Assembly: GCA_041479905.1 (NCBI GenBank)
Contig: JBGOYY010000002.1
Location: forward strand, 16,802 to 80,801
Reading direction: 5' to 3'
DNA: 64,000 nucleotides
From: Candidatus Aminicenantia bacterium
GTDB taxonomy: Bacteria; Acidobacteriota; Aminicenantia; Aminicenantales; Saccharicenantaceae
Shown here: piece after piece, positions 19,031-28,620 of the stretch
How positions within the stretch are numbered: position 1 is the stretch's first letter
Layout of the letters: every line of letters begins with the position of its first letter
Position numbers and translations under genes: made by a program
Notes under the pieces: generated by a model
What the model saw: only the letters and a program-made list of their open reading frames with translations
Database searches by the model: none
What the model was told of the DNA's origin: nothing

Positions 19031-19996
19031 ATGATGACAAAAACGGACCGAAAATGGCAGGCCGCCCTGATGGGCGCGGCTTTCGTCCTGGCCTTCGTGG
19101 CCGCCCCGGCCCTGGCCGAGGAAAAGTTCCAGGAGAAGTTCGAGAAGACCGAGGCTCTGGCCAAGACCGGCAAGCTGTATCTGAACAATGTCTCGGGCCA
19201 GATCGAGATCGCGACCTGGAAGGAAGCCAAGGTCAAGATCGAGGCCGTCAAGACGTCGAAGGCGGCGACGCTCGCCAAGGCCAAGGAGAACGCGGCCCTG
19301 GTGACCATCGAAGTGACCAAGGACGCCGACCTCGTTCGGGTCGAAACGAAATACCCCAAGCGCAGCGGCGGCTTCTGGGGCGGCGACTCCATCAACGTCT
19401 CCGTAGACTACAAGCTCTGGATCCCGGACACGGCGGCCGTCGAGCTCAAATCCGTGAGCGGCGACGTCCGGGTCGCGGCCATCGGCGGGCATGCCCGCGT
19501 CAGCTGCGTCAGCGGGGACGTCGACCTGCTGGGCGCGGCGGGGGCGGACGTCGACCTCGTCAGCGGCAACCTGACCCTGGAAAACATCGCCGGCGACGCC
19601 TACCTGAAGGCCGTCTCGGGGAACATCGACGTCACCCGGGTCAAGGGCTCGGTCGAGGCCGAGGCCGTGAGCGGCGACATCGACCTCCGGGACGTCTCCG
19701 AGGCCCAGACGGTCACCGCCAAGAACGTCAGCGGCAACATCACCTACGCCGGCAAGATCAAGGCGGGCGGCCGCTACGAGATCAAGACCCACAGCGGCGA
19801 CGTCCGGATGACCATCCCGGCGGACTCGGCCTTCGACTTCGAGGCCAACACGTTCAGCGGCGACATCGACAGCGATTTCGAGATCCAGGTCGTCGGCAAG
19901 ATCTCGCCGCGCGAGATCCACGGCACGGTCGGGAAGGGCGGGGCGACGGTCGTGCTCAAGAGTTTCAGCGGCAACGTGGAGCTGAAGAAGGGCTGA
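19031..19996 (+). CDS. Exported DUF4097 (beta-strand repeat) protein
   Basis: Signal peptide; many VSG[DN][IV] repeats. Confidence 0.88.
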   Translation: MMTKTDRKWQAALMGAAFVLAFVAAPALAEEKFQEKFEKTEALAKTGKLYLNNVSGQIEIATWKEAKVKIEAVKTSKAATLAKAKENAALVTIEVTKDADLVRVETKYPKRSGGFWGGDSINVSVDYKLWIPDTAAVELKSVSGDVRVAAIGGHARVSCVSGDVDLLGAAGADVDLVSGNLTLENIAGDAYLKAVSGNIDVTRVKGSVEAEAVSGDIDLRDVSEAQTVTAKNVSGNITYAGKIKAGGRYEIKTHSGDVRMTIPADSAFDFEANTFSGDIDSDFEIQVVGKISPREIHGTVGKGGATVVLKSFSGNVELKKG

Positions 19997-20023
19997 CGCC
20001 CCTTTTTTTGTATAATGGCCGGG

Positions 20024-21142
20024 ATGCGCCGCATCCATGCCCTCAACTTCGTCCGGACGATGACGGTGACGACCGTCTTCTTCCTGGCCCCGCTCCATTT
20101 CCTCGAGCTTGGGTTCGACGGCCTGGCCATCGGCCTCATCGTCTCTCTCTACGCCGCGGCGCCCATAATCTTTTCCTTCCCGACGGGCTGGATCAACGAC
20201 CGGCTGTCGATGAAAAAGGTCATCCTCGGAGCGCTCCTTCTCATATCGGGCCTTTTCGTCCTGGCCGGTTTTGTCCGGGACGTCCCCGGCATGGCCGCGC
20301 TGTTCCTCCTCATCGGCGTCGCCAACAACGCCCTCAACGTCTCGGTCAACAGCCTCTATTACAAAGACGACTCGGAGGCGAACCCGAACAGGAAGTACGG
20401 CATCTACATTTTCTGGATCTCGCTCGGCCCCCCGGCGGGGCTCTTCTTCGGCAGCCTCCTGATCCGGTCCGCGGGTTTCCGGACGCTCCTGCTGGTCTTC
20501 GCGGCGGTGACGGCCCTGACCTCGCTCGCGATGCGCGGCTTCGACCACGAGAGATTCGCGGCCGTTTCGATCCGGGACTATAAATACAGCGTTTTCAACA
20601 GGAAAACACTCGTCTTCTCGATCCTTCTCTTCGTCCTGGCCCTCCACTGGGGCACGGAAGGGACCGTCTACGGCCCGTTCTTGAGGGCCCGCTTCGGGCT
20701 GAGCGATTCAGGCGTCGCGCTCTACATGGCCGGGGCCTACATGGCCCTCGCCCTGGCCGCCTTTCTGGTCAGCCGGCTGAAGTACGACCCGGTCGTGAAC
20801 GGCCGCCTCTTCCTCCTGGGGATGACGCTCTCGGGCCTCGGGCTCGTCCTCATGACGCGGGGCGACGTCCGGCTGTCGTTCCTGTTCCGGTTCATGCACG
20901 AGGGCGGGGACGGCCTCATGGGCGCGTTCGTCGTCCTCTACATTTCCCGCCTCTTCGAAAAAAAGACGATCGGGGGGAGCGCCGGCATCCTGACCGCCTT
21001 GCAAACTTCCGGCCACATGGTCGGCTCGCTGGCATTCTCCTGGCTGGGGTTCCGCGCCGGTCTCCACGTGCCGATGGTCGTCGCCGGGCTCATCCTCTTG
21101 GGCAACGCCGCTTTCAGCCTCGTCGCCTTGCCCCGGGACTGA
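20024..21142 (+). CDS. MFS transporter
   Basis: GWINDRLSMK motif A variant; about 12 TM; start chosen 7 nt after TATAAT. Confidence 0.85.
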   Translation: MRRIHALNFVRTMTVTTVFFLAPLHFLELGFDGLAIGLIVSLYAAAPIIFSFPTGWINDRLSMKKVILGALLLISGLFVLAGFVRDVPGMAALFLLIGVANNALNVSVNSLYYKDDSEANPNRKYGIYIFWISLGPPAGLFFGSLLIRSAGFRTLLLVFAAVTALTSLAMRGFDHERFAAVSIRDYKYSVFNRKTLVFSILLFVLALHWGTEGTVYGPFLRARFGLSDSGVALYMAGAYMALALAAFLVSRLKYDPVVNGRLFLLGMTLSGLGLVLMTRGDVRLSFLFRFMHEGGDGLMGAFVVLYISRLFEKKTIGGSAGILTALQTSGHMVGSLAFSWLGFRAGLHVPMVVAGLILLGNAAFSLVALPRD

Positions 21143-21179
21143 ATTCCGGGACACCCCGATTTAGGGTAGAATAAGCGCG

Positions 21180-22880
21180 ATGATCGCCACAAAAGGGGCC
21201 GGGTTCGACGTCATCCTCGTCAGCGGAGAGCCCTATGCCGACCACCCGCTCTCGCCCGTCGGGATGATCGCCCGGGTGCTCGACGCCGAAGGATACACGG
21301 TCGGCGTCATCGAGTGCCCGGACTGGAAGGGGAAAGAGGATTTCCTCAAGCTCGGCCGGCCCCGGCTCTTCTTCGGCATCACCTCGGGCTCGATCGACAG
21401 CATGCTCGTCAACTACACGCCGCTCAAGCGGGAGAGGGCCGTCGACCCGAATGCGCCCTTCCAGTCGCGGATGCCGGATCGGGCCGTCATCGTCTACGCC
21501 AACCGGATCCGGGAGCTCCACAAGGGGGCGCGGATCGTCCTCGGCGGCATCGAGGCTTCTCTCCGGCGCTTCGCCCACTATGATTACTGGGGGGACGACG
21601 TCCGCCGCTCGATCCTCCTCGACACGCGGGCCGATATCCTCGTCTACGGGCCGGGCGAGCTCCAGGTCATCGAGATCGCCAAGCGCCTCGACCGGGGCGA
21701 AGGCCTCGACGGCATCCGGGGGACGTGCGTCATGCGGGCCGAGGCGCCCGAAGGGGCGCTCGTCATTCCCTCGTTCGAGGAGGTCAAGGCGGACAAAGAC
21801 AAGTTTTGCGAAGCGCAGAAGCGCCTCGCGAACCGGCGGGCGATCGCCCAGAAGCACGCCAACCGCTTCGTCGTCCAGTACCCGGCTCCGGATTACACGC
21901 CGGCCGACCTCGACCGGGTCTACGGCCTGCCCTTCACGCGCCGCATCCCGGAGGGCTTCCCCGAGCTCGGCATGGCCCGCTTTTCGCTCCAGACCCACCG
22001 GGGATGCGTCGGGCGGTGCTCCTTCTGCGCCCTGTCCCTCCATCAGGGCGACCGGATCGTTTCCCGCAGCGAAGACTCCATCCTCGAGGAGATCCGGCGG
22101 ATGACGAAGCACCCGGAGTGGCGCGGCTTCGTCGACGACCTGGGCGGGCCGACGGCCAACATGTACGGCATGGACCGGGCGGCGGCCGAGGTGCGCTGCG
22201 AGGGCGATGCGGAAGCGGATAGCGACCAAAAGGATAGAAAGCCGGAACGAGTCAAACGCGGGGTCGTCGAAGCGGCCCACCGCAGGCTCGTCGGACTGAT
22301 GCGCGCCGCCCGCAAGGTCCCTGGCGTCAAGAAGGTCTTTGTCCGGAGCGGCATCCGCTACGACCTGGCCCTCGAGAGCCCGGAGTACGTCCGGGAGCTC
22401 GCCCGCCACCACGTTTCGGGCCTTCTCAAAATTGCGCCCGAGCATGTCTCGGAAAACGTCCTGCGGCTGATGAACAAGAGCGGCGGCCGGCGGAGCCTCG
22501 AGGAGTTCCGGCGGATGTTCGCCGAGATGACCGTGGAGAAGGGCCCGGCGGGTTCGGGGAAGCGGGGGGGCGCGCCGCGACGCGGACGCTTGGCCGGCCG
22601 GCCCCAGCACCTCAAGTATTACTTCATGGTCGCCCATCCGGGGACGACCGATAAGGAAGCCCGCGAGCTCGCCGCCTTCCTCCGGGAGATCGAGGAAAGC
22701 GGGGAGAAGCCGGTCGAGGGCGTTCAGATCTTCACGCCGACGCCCATGACCCGCTCGACCTGCATGTACCACACGGGCAAGGATCCGCAGACGGGCGAGA
22801 GCGTCTACGTCCCGCGCCCCTACGCCGAGAAGAAGGCCCAGAAACGGATGTTGAATCCCCCTGCCGCTGACGACGATTAA
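21180..22880 (+). CDS. YgiQ (UPF0313) family radical SAM protein
   Basis: DVILVSGEPYADHP, SLRRFAHYDYW, RGCVGRCSFC, DLGGPTANMYG, SGIRYD, KIAPEH, FTPTPMT. Confidence 0.92.
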   Translation: MIATKGAGFDVILVSGEPYADHPLSPVGMIARVLDAEGYTVGVIECPDWKGKEDFLKLGRPRLFFGITSGSIDSMLVNYTPLKRERAVDPNAPFQSRMPDRAVIVYANRIRELHKGARIVLGGIEASLRRFAHYDYWGDDVRRSILLDTRADILVYGPGELQVIEIAKRLDRGEGLDGIRGTCVMRAEAPEGALVIPSFEEVKADKDKFCEAQKRLANRRAIAQKHANRFVVQYPAPDYTPADLDRVYGLPFTRRIPEGFPELGMARFSLQTHRGCVGRCSFCALSLHQGDRIVSRSEDSILEEIRRMTKHPEWRGFVDDLGGPTANMYGMDRAAAEVRCEGDAEADSDQKDRKPERVKRGVVEAAHRRLVGLMRAARKVPGVKKVFVRSGIRYDLALESPEYVRELARHHVSGLLKIAPEHVSENVLRLMNKSGGRRSLEEFRRMFAEMTVEKGPAGSGKRGGAPRRGRLAGRPQHLKYYFMVAHPGTTDKEARELAAFLREIEESGEKPVEGVQIFTPTPMTRSTCMYHTGKDPQTGESVYVPRPYAEKKAQKRMLNPPAADDD

Positions 22881-25519
22881 TCGGCGAGCTTGAACAGGGC
22901 CCGGAACCCCGGGTCTTTTCTGATGGGCAAGTAATCCGGCAGGATGACCGGAAAGAAGGGGTCTGAATAACCCTTATCCAAGGCCTTCTTCAGCAAGCCG
23001 ACGGCCTGCTCGGCCTGCCCAAGCTGGGCGTAGAGTCCAGCAAGATCGAGGAGGGCATGGGCGTCGTCGGCCGCGGCGGCCAGCGCCTTATTCAGATAGG
23101 CACGAGCTCCGCCGGCCTTTCCCGAAACCGCGTTCAGCATCCCGAGCAGGGGGTAGTAGTTCTTGGCGTTCAGCTTGCCCTTCCCGAGTTCCTTCAGCAA
23201 TGACGCTTCGGCCTCCGTTGCGACCTTCTTGGCCTCTTCCCGGTTCCCGGCCTCCTTGAGCGCCACGGCGAGGTCAAAGGCGTTAACCGCCGGATCGCCG
23301 GCCATCCCGCCTTGGGGTCCAAGTTCGGCGACCCGCCGATAGCAGGGCACCGCTTCGGCCGCCTTCCCCGCCGCGAGAAGCATGTGGGCGAGGTTGGGCA
23401 GGGCATAGGGGTGTCCGGGCTCGAGCTCGACGGCCTTCCGCAATTCTTTCTCTGCTTCCGGAAATTTCTCCTGGACCGCGAGAGTGTATCCCAGGATCGA
23501 ATGAGTGTTGGCCAATTCGGGGGCCATGGCCACATAGCGCCTGGCCGTCGTTTCCGCCGCCCGGATGTCTTTTTGAAAAAGGTTCTGGCAGTACCAGAGA
23601 TTGAGGAGGGGGATGGAATTGTGCGGGGCCAGCCCGGCGGCCTTTTCGAACATCGCCGCGGCCTCGTCGTAGCGGCCGAGGGACTGCAGGATCCTCCCGG
23701 CGTTGTTCCAGGCCGGCATGAAATCGGGATAGAGCTCCCGGAGCATGCGGTATTCCTCGAGCGCCCCGGCCGGGTCCTTGTCCACGAATTGTTTGTTCAC
23801 GGCCTTGAGCTTGAGCAGGTCGCGCGGCGGATAGTCCTGGGCTTCGGCGTTCTTCAAGGCCTGACGGAGCATCTCCTGGCCCTTCTCTTCCTGCCGCAGG
23901 AACTGGATCAAGAGGAGCCCCAGCGAGCCGCGGGCTTCGACGAATTCGGGGTCCTTTTCGAGGGCCAGCTCGAAGAACTTGGCCGCCTCCGGGAACTTGC
24001 TTTCCTGCCACCTGGCCAGGCCCAGGGAAAACTCTTTCAGGGCCTCCCAGGACGATGTCGTCACTTCGCTGACGGGCCTGTTGGCTTTTTCGATGCTGCG
24101 GATCGACTCGCCCAGCCGGGAGCGGAGCTTTTCGGACAGCGCGTCGATAGCCCGGAGAAGGACTTCCTCCCGGCCCTTGGCGGTGACGCGGATCCGGTCG
24201 ACGTGCCGGCGCTTGACCGGGTCGATGACGATGGCCTGGAGCTCGTAGGCGTCGCCGGCGGAAAGGATGCGCGGCAGGACGAAGGCTCGGACCCCGCCGA
24301 AGTGGCAGAGTTCGTAGCCGAGGGCCTCGTCGACCTTCGACGCGGGGTCCTTCCTCATCAGCCGCAGGGTTTCGCTGATCTGGGGCTTGTCGAAGATGGC
24401 CACGTAAGGCGACTGTTGCAGGGCGGCTTCGATGGCTGTCCGCAAGGCTAAGTCAAAGACTTGGTCGCCGGTGAGATTCTCGACGTCGGCCACCATGAGC
24501 TTATCGCGGTTCTCGAAGGCCAGCCCGGGCCGGCTGAGAAGCCAGACGGCGACCGCGACGGCGGCCAGGGAAAGCGCCCCGGCGGCGATCCAGACGGGTC
24601 TCGGCCGGCGGCGGAACGACAGCCTTTTCGCCGTCGGAAAAGCGCGGGCGCTCATCGCCTCTCTCAGACCGCGGAGCTCGCCGGCCATCTCCCGGGCTGA
24701 GGCGTATCTCTTGTCCGGGTCCTTGGCCAGGGCCTTGCGGATGACATGGGAGAGCTCGGCCGGGAAGCCCGGCCGCAAGTCCTTCGTCGGGCGGGGCTCG
24801 TCGTGAACGATGGCGTTGAGGACGGCCCGGTCGGTGTCGCGGCCGAAGGGGAGAGCGCCCGTTGCCATCTCGTAGAGGACGACGCCGAGCGACCAGACGT
24901 CCGTTCGGGCGTCGACCTCGTCGCCGCGAGCCTGTTCGGGGGACATGTAGGCCACCGTGCCCACGGTCGTCCCCGTGACGGTCATCCTGGCCTCGCCGGT
25001 GAGCTTGGCCAGGCCGAAATCGAGGATCTTAGCCAGCCCGTCGGAGGTGACCATGATGTTCCCCGGCTTGATGTCGCGGTGGACGATGCCGTACTCGTGG
25101 GCCTTGGCCAAACCCTCGCCGACTTCGGACGCGATCCTGATCGCCTCGACCGGCTCCAGGGCGCCGCGGCCGAGTTTGTCCTTCAGGCTTTCGCCCTGAT
25201 AGCAAGCCATGACGATATAGAGGCCGCCGTCCTCGGATTCGTCGACTTCGTGGATAGTGCAGATGTTTGGATGGTCAAGGCTCGACGCGGCCCGGGCTTC
25301 GTGGATGAAACGTTCGCGGGCTTCGGCGTCCGCGGTCAGTCCGGGCGGCAGGAACTTGAGGGCGACCGTCCGCTTGAGGCGGAGGTCCTCGGCCTCGTAG
25401 ACGACGCCCATGCCGCCCCGGCCGAGCTTGCGGACGATGCGGTACTTGCCGGCCACGGTCTGCCCGGGCTGGACCTCGGCGGCGGCAATTTTCAGTGTCC
25501 TGGTCGGGACATCCCCCAA
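22877..25519 (-). CDS. Membrane Ser/Thr protein kinase with extracytoplasmic TPR domain
   Basis: GRGGMG, HRDIKPGN, DFGLAK, YMSPEQ; TM; TPR-like repeats; TTG start after GGAGG. Confidence 0.92.
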   Translation of the reverse strand: MGDVPTRTLKIAAAEVQPGQTVAGKYRIVRKLGRGGMGVVYEAEDLRLKRTVALKFLPPGLTADAEARERFIHEARAASSLDHPNICTIHEVDESEDGGLYIVMACYQGESLKDKLGRGALEPVEAIRIASEVGEGLAKAHEYGIVHRDIKPGNIMVTSDGLAKILDFGLAKLTGEARMTVTGTTVGTVAYMSPEQARGDEVDARTDVWSLGVVLYEMATGALPFGRDTDRAVLNAIVHDEPRPTKDLRPGFPAELSHVIRKALAKDPDKRYASAREMAGELRGLREAMSARAFPTAKRLSFRRRPRPVWIAAGALSLAAVAVAVWLLSRPGLAFENRDKLMVADVENLTGDQVFDLALRTAIEAALQQSPYVAIFDKPQISETLRLMRKDPASKVDEALGYELCHFGGVRAFVLPRILSAGDAYELQAIVIDPVKRRHVDRIRVTAKGREEVLLRAIDALSEKLRSRLGESIRSIEKANRPVSEVTTSSWEALKEFSLGLARWQESKFPEAAKFFELALEKDPEFVEARGSLGLLLIQFLRQEEKGQEMLRQALKNAEAQDYPPRDLLKLKAVNKQFVDKDPAGALEEYRMLRELYPDFMPAWNNAGRILQSLGRYDEAAAMFEKAAGLAPHNSIPLLNLWYCQNLFQKDIRAAETTARRYVAMAPELANTHSILGYTLAVQEKFPEAEKELRKAVELEPGHPYALPNLAHMLLAAGKAAEAVPCYRRVAELGPQGGMAGDPAVNAFDLAVALKEAGNREEAKKVATEAEASLLKELGKGKLNAKNYYPLLGMLNAVSGKAGGARAYLNKALAAAADDAHALLDLAGLYAQLGQAEQAVGLLKKALDKGYSDPFFPVILPDYLPIRKDPGFRALFKLAD

Positions 25520-25593
25520 TTTCCCCTCCGATCAGCTGATGGGAAGGATAACAACTCCGGGGTCCGTAGTCAAATCCGGGCCTCGTCCGCAGC

Positions 25594-25638
25594 TTGACAG
25601 GCGCCGGCCGATAATATATGAATATATCTTCATATGAT
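25594..25638 (+). promoter_or_regulatory. Promoter with ArsR/SmtB-type operator
   Basis: TTGACA at 25594-25599; inverted repeat ATATGAA-N6-TTCATAT at 25616-25635 over the -10/start region. Confidence 0.7.
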
Positions 25639-25641
25639 GCC

Positions 25642-26985
25642 ATGAGTGAGAAAAAGTTCGCCTTGAGCATGCCGGAAGGAGCCGGACTCCTGGCTTATCT
25701 CGAGAAGGGCGAGATAGGCCCGGCCGGCGGCCGCACGCGTCCGGCCAAGGTCGTCCATGAGCTCCGCTTTGAGGAGGGACGGCTCGTCGTCCCCGGGGAA
25801 CTCGAGAAAAAGCTCGGCCTGGCCCCCGGCGCCCGCCTCGAGATCGTCACCGACCGTGGCCGCGTCGAGATCCTGCCCAACATCCACAGCTTGAATCGCC
25901 TCACCATCGAGCCCACCTCTCGCTGTAACCTGTCCTGCCGGACCTGCATCCGCAATACCTGGGAAGAACCCATGGGCGACATGGACATGAAGGTTTTCGA
26001 CCGGCTGGCCGGCCAGCTCGCCCGCTTCCCCCACCTCGAAACGGTCATGTTCGGCGGCTTCGGCGAACCGACAGCCCACCCGCGCATCCTCGACATGATC
26101 CGCGCCGTCAAGGCCCTGGGGCTCCGCGCCGAGATGACGACCAATGCGACCCTCCTCGACGATGCCTTGATCGACGGCCTGCTCCGCGAGCGTCTCGACA
26201 CCCTCTGGATCTCGCTCGACGGGACGACCGAAGAGAGCTTCGAAACGATCCGCGAGGGCGCGAGCTTCCCCCTCGTCCTCGAGAACGTCGAACGGCTCGG
26301 CCGGCGAAACGGCCGGGACGGCCACCGGATCGACATCGGCATCGCTTTCGTCGTCATGAAAACGAACCTCCACGACGTCAAGCACCTCGACCGCCTGGCC
26401 CGGTCCGTCGGGGCCCGCCGCATCCTTATCAGCCACGTCCTGCCGTACAGCGAGGCGATGGAAAAAGAGATGCTCTGCCTCCAGACGCTGACCCTCGAGA
26501 CGTTCACCTTCGCTCCCGGCAAGACGGAGCTCAGCCTGCCCCGGATCGACGTCAACAACACGACCAAGGAGACGCTTTTCAGCCTGCTCCAGGGGTTCGA
26601 GAACCTGACCTTCATGGGCAACAGGATCGCCGTCGACGCCCGCCGCTGCCGCTTCGTCCACGAACGTTCGTCGTTTGTCCGCTGGGACGGGAAGGTCGGT
26701 CCTTGCATGGGGCTCCTCCATTCCCACCGGACCTACCTTTACGGGCTCGAGCGGCGGGTCCGGTCTCACGCCTTCGGCGACGCGCGCGAGGGAGACCTCT
26801 TCGAGATCTGGAATTCGAAGGCCTACGCGGACTTCCGGGAGAAGGTCAAAGCCTTCGATTTCTCGCCCTGCCACGTCTGCGGCGGCTGTTCCATGCTCGA
26901 GTCGAACGAGGAGGACTGCTACGGGAACACTTTCCCGGCATGCGGCGGCTGCCTCTGGGCCCAGGGGGTCATCCAATGCCCGTGA
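25642..26985 (+). CDS. Radical SAM/SPASM protein with N-terminal AbrB-like domain
   Basis: GRLVVPGELEKKLGLAPG (AbrB-like), CNLSCRTC, GGFGEP, SPASM Cys cluster CHVCGGC...DC...CGGCLW. Confidence 0.88.
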   Translation: MSEKKFALSMPEGAGLLAYLEKGEIGPAGGRTRPAKVVHELRFEEGRLVVPGELEKKLGLAPGARLEIVTDRGRVEILPNIHSLNRLTIEPTSRCNLSCRTCIRNTWEEPMGDMDMKVFDRLAGQLARFPHLETVMFGGFGEPTAHPRILDMIRAVKALGLRAEMTTNATLLDDALIDGLLRERLDTLWISLDGTTEESFETIREGASFPLVLENVERLGRRNGRDGHRIDIGIAFVVMKTNLHDVKHLDRLARSVGARRILISHVLPYSEAMEKEMLCLQTLTLETFTFAPGKTELSLPRIDVNNTTKETLFSLLQGFENLTFMGNRIAVDARRCRFVHERSSFVRWDGKVGPCMGLLHSHRTYLYGLERRVRSHAFGDAREGDLFEIWNSKAYADFREKVKAFDFSPCHVCGGCSMLESNEEDCYGNTFPACGGCLWAQGVIQCP

Positions 26986-27359
26986 AAGACGTCGTCCGGA
27001 TCTTCAAGGCCCTGGCCGACCCCGCCCGGTTGCGGATCATGATCCTTCTCGGGCGTCGGGAGCTCTGCGTCTGCGAGATCATGTTCGTCCTGGGCATGGA
27101 GCAATCACGGGTGTCCCACCACATGCGCGTCCTGCGGGACGCCGGCATCGCTGAGGACGTCCGCGAGGGACGGTGGATCATCTACCGGATCCCGGAGGCC
27201 TCGCGCGGCCTCGTCGAGGGCCTCTTCGCCGGCGCGCTCCGGGAACGGATCGAGGGCTCCGGCGAGACGGCCGCCGACGCCCATAAGCTCGAGGCCTGCG
27301 TCCGGGAAAACATCCGCGGCCGTGTCTGCGAAGCGCGCCCCCGATTGGAGGGACAGTGA
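26982..27359 (+). CDS. arsR: ArsR family metalloregulator
   Basis: FKALADPARLRI, ELCVCEI, SRVSHHMRVL, REGRWIIY; GTG overlaps the upstream TGA. Confidence 0.9.
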   Translation: MKDVVRIFKALADPARLRIMILLGRRELCVCEIMFVLGMEQSRVSHHMRVLRDAGIAEDVREGRWIIYRIPEASRGLVEGLFAGALRERIEGSGETAADAHKLEACVRENIRGRVCEARPRLEGQ

Positions 27360-28204
27360 AGAAAACGATCCTCTTTATCTGCGTTCACAATTCTGCCCGA
27401 TCCCAGATCGCCGAGGGCCTGGTCAACGCCCTTTATGGAGACAGGTTTCTGGCCTCGAGCGGCGGGACGATGGCCACGAAGGTCCATCCCGGGGCGATCA
27501 AAGCCATGGCCGAGATCGGCATCGACATCAGCGGGCACCGATCGAAGAGCATCGACGTGTTCGAAGGCCAGCGCTTCGATCATGTCGTGATGGTCTGCGA
27601 CGATAAGCAGTCGGATTGCCCGTTCTTCCCCGGCGGCAAGGACTATATTCACCACGCCTTCGACGACCCGGCGGCCTGCAAAGGAACGGACGAGGAAGTC
27701 CTCGCCTGTTTCCGCCGCAGCCGCGACGAGATCCGCGCTTGGATCGAGGAGACGCTCATCGATCAAATCTTGGAACTCGCCGTCGATAAATTCCTGTTCC
27801 GATTTCCGGCCGACCTCTACTACAGCGAGGCCGGGATCTGGGTGAGATTCGAGGGATCACGGGCGCGCATCGGGCTTTCCGATTTTACCCAGCAGAGGAA
27901 CGGCGACGTGGCCTTTGCCGAGCCGAAAGAGGTGGGGACTCAGGTCCGGTTGGGGGACGAGGTGGCCGTCGTCGAGACGATCAAGGTCAACCTCAGCATC
28001 CCCTCGCCCGTGGGGGGGAAGGTCATCGAAGTCAACAACGATCTCTTGACCGCTCCCGAGCTCGTCAACCAGGACCCGTACGGGAAGGGCTGGCTGGCTA
28101 TCCTCGAGGTCGAGGAGAGCGAAACGGCGCGCCGAGCTTTGAAGACGGCGGCCGGCTATCTGGCACTGGCCAAGGTCCAGGCGGAGGCGGAGGTCGCGCG
28201 ATGA
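27356..28204 (+). CDS. arsC: Fusion of arsenate reductase (LMW-PTP type) and glycine cleavage H-protein-like lipoyl domain
   Basis: CVHNSAR P-loop, VCDDKQSDCP redox pair, FDDP; then ARIGLSDF, VETIKV (lipoyl-Lys position), SPVGGKVIEVN, VNQDPYGKGWL. Confidence 0.88.
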   Translation: MKKTILFICVHNSARSQIAEGLVNALYGDRFLASSGGTMATKVHPGAIKAMAEIGIDISGHRSKSIDVFEGQRFDHVVMVCDDKQSDCPFFPGGKDYIHHAFDDPAACKGTDEEVLACFRRSRDEIRAWIEETLIDQILELAVDKFLFRFPADLYYSEAGIWVRFEGSRARIGLSDFTQQRNGDVAFAEPKEVGTQVRLGDEVAVVETIKVNLSIPSPVGGKVIEVNNDLLTAPELVNQDPYGKGWLAILEVEESETARRALKTAAGYLALAKVQAEAEVAR

Positions 28205-28620
28205 GCGGAACGCGGCGCAAGATCCCCGTCGTCCCCTGCAGCGGGATCGGGAAAAGCCTCGGAGCCGCGGCCCGGGAAGCGGCCTTTGTCCTTGCCGAGG
28301 ACCTCCGTCCCGACAAAACGAAGATCGTCGCCCTTTCCCTCCTCGTCCTGGGGGACGAAGAAGCACGGCGCGAAGTCGTGGGACGCAAGGCCGTCGCCAT
28401 CGACGGCTGTAAGCTCGAGTGCGCCGCTAAAGGGCTAGCTTGTTCGGGCGCCTCAAAGGTCCACAAAGTCGCCGTCTTCGATGTCGTCCGGCGCCATCGC
28501 GGCCTAAAGCCCGAAGGCGTTTGCGACCTCAACGAGGACGGTCTGATACTGGCCCGGGCGACGGCCGATGAGGCCGCGAAGATCGTCGATAACGTCGACG
28601 CGGAGGGCGGCCATGCCTGA
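28201..28620 (+). CDS. DGC domain (putative zinc-binding) protein
   Basis: PCSG...AIDGCKLECA. Confidence 0.85.
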   Translation: MSGTRRKIPVVPCSGIGKSLGAAAREAAFVLAEDLRPDKTKIVALSLLVLGDEEARREVVGRKAVAIDGCKLECAAKGLACSGASKVHKVAVFDVVRRHRGLKPEGVCDLNEDGLILARATADEAAKIVDNVDAEGGHA

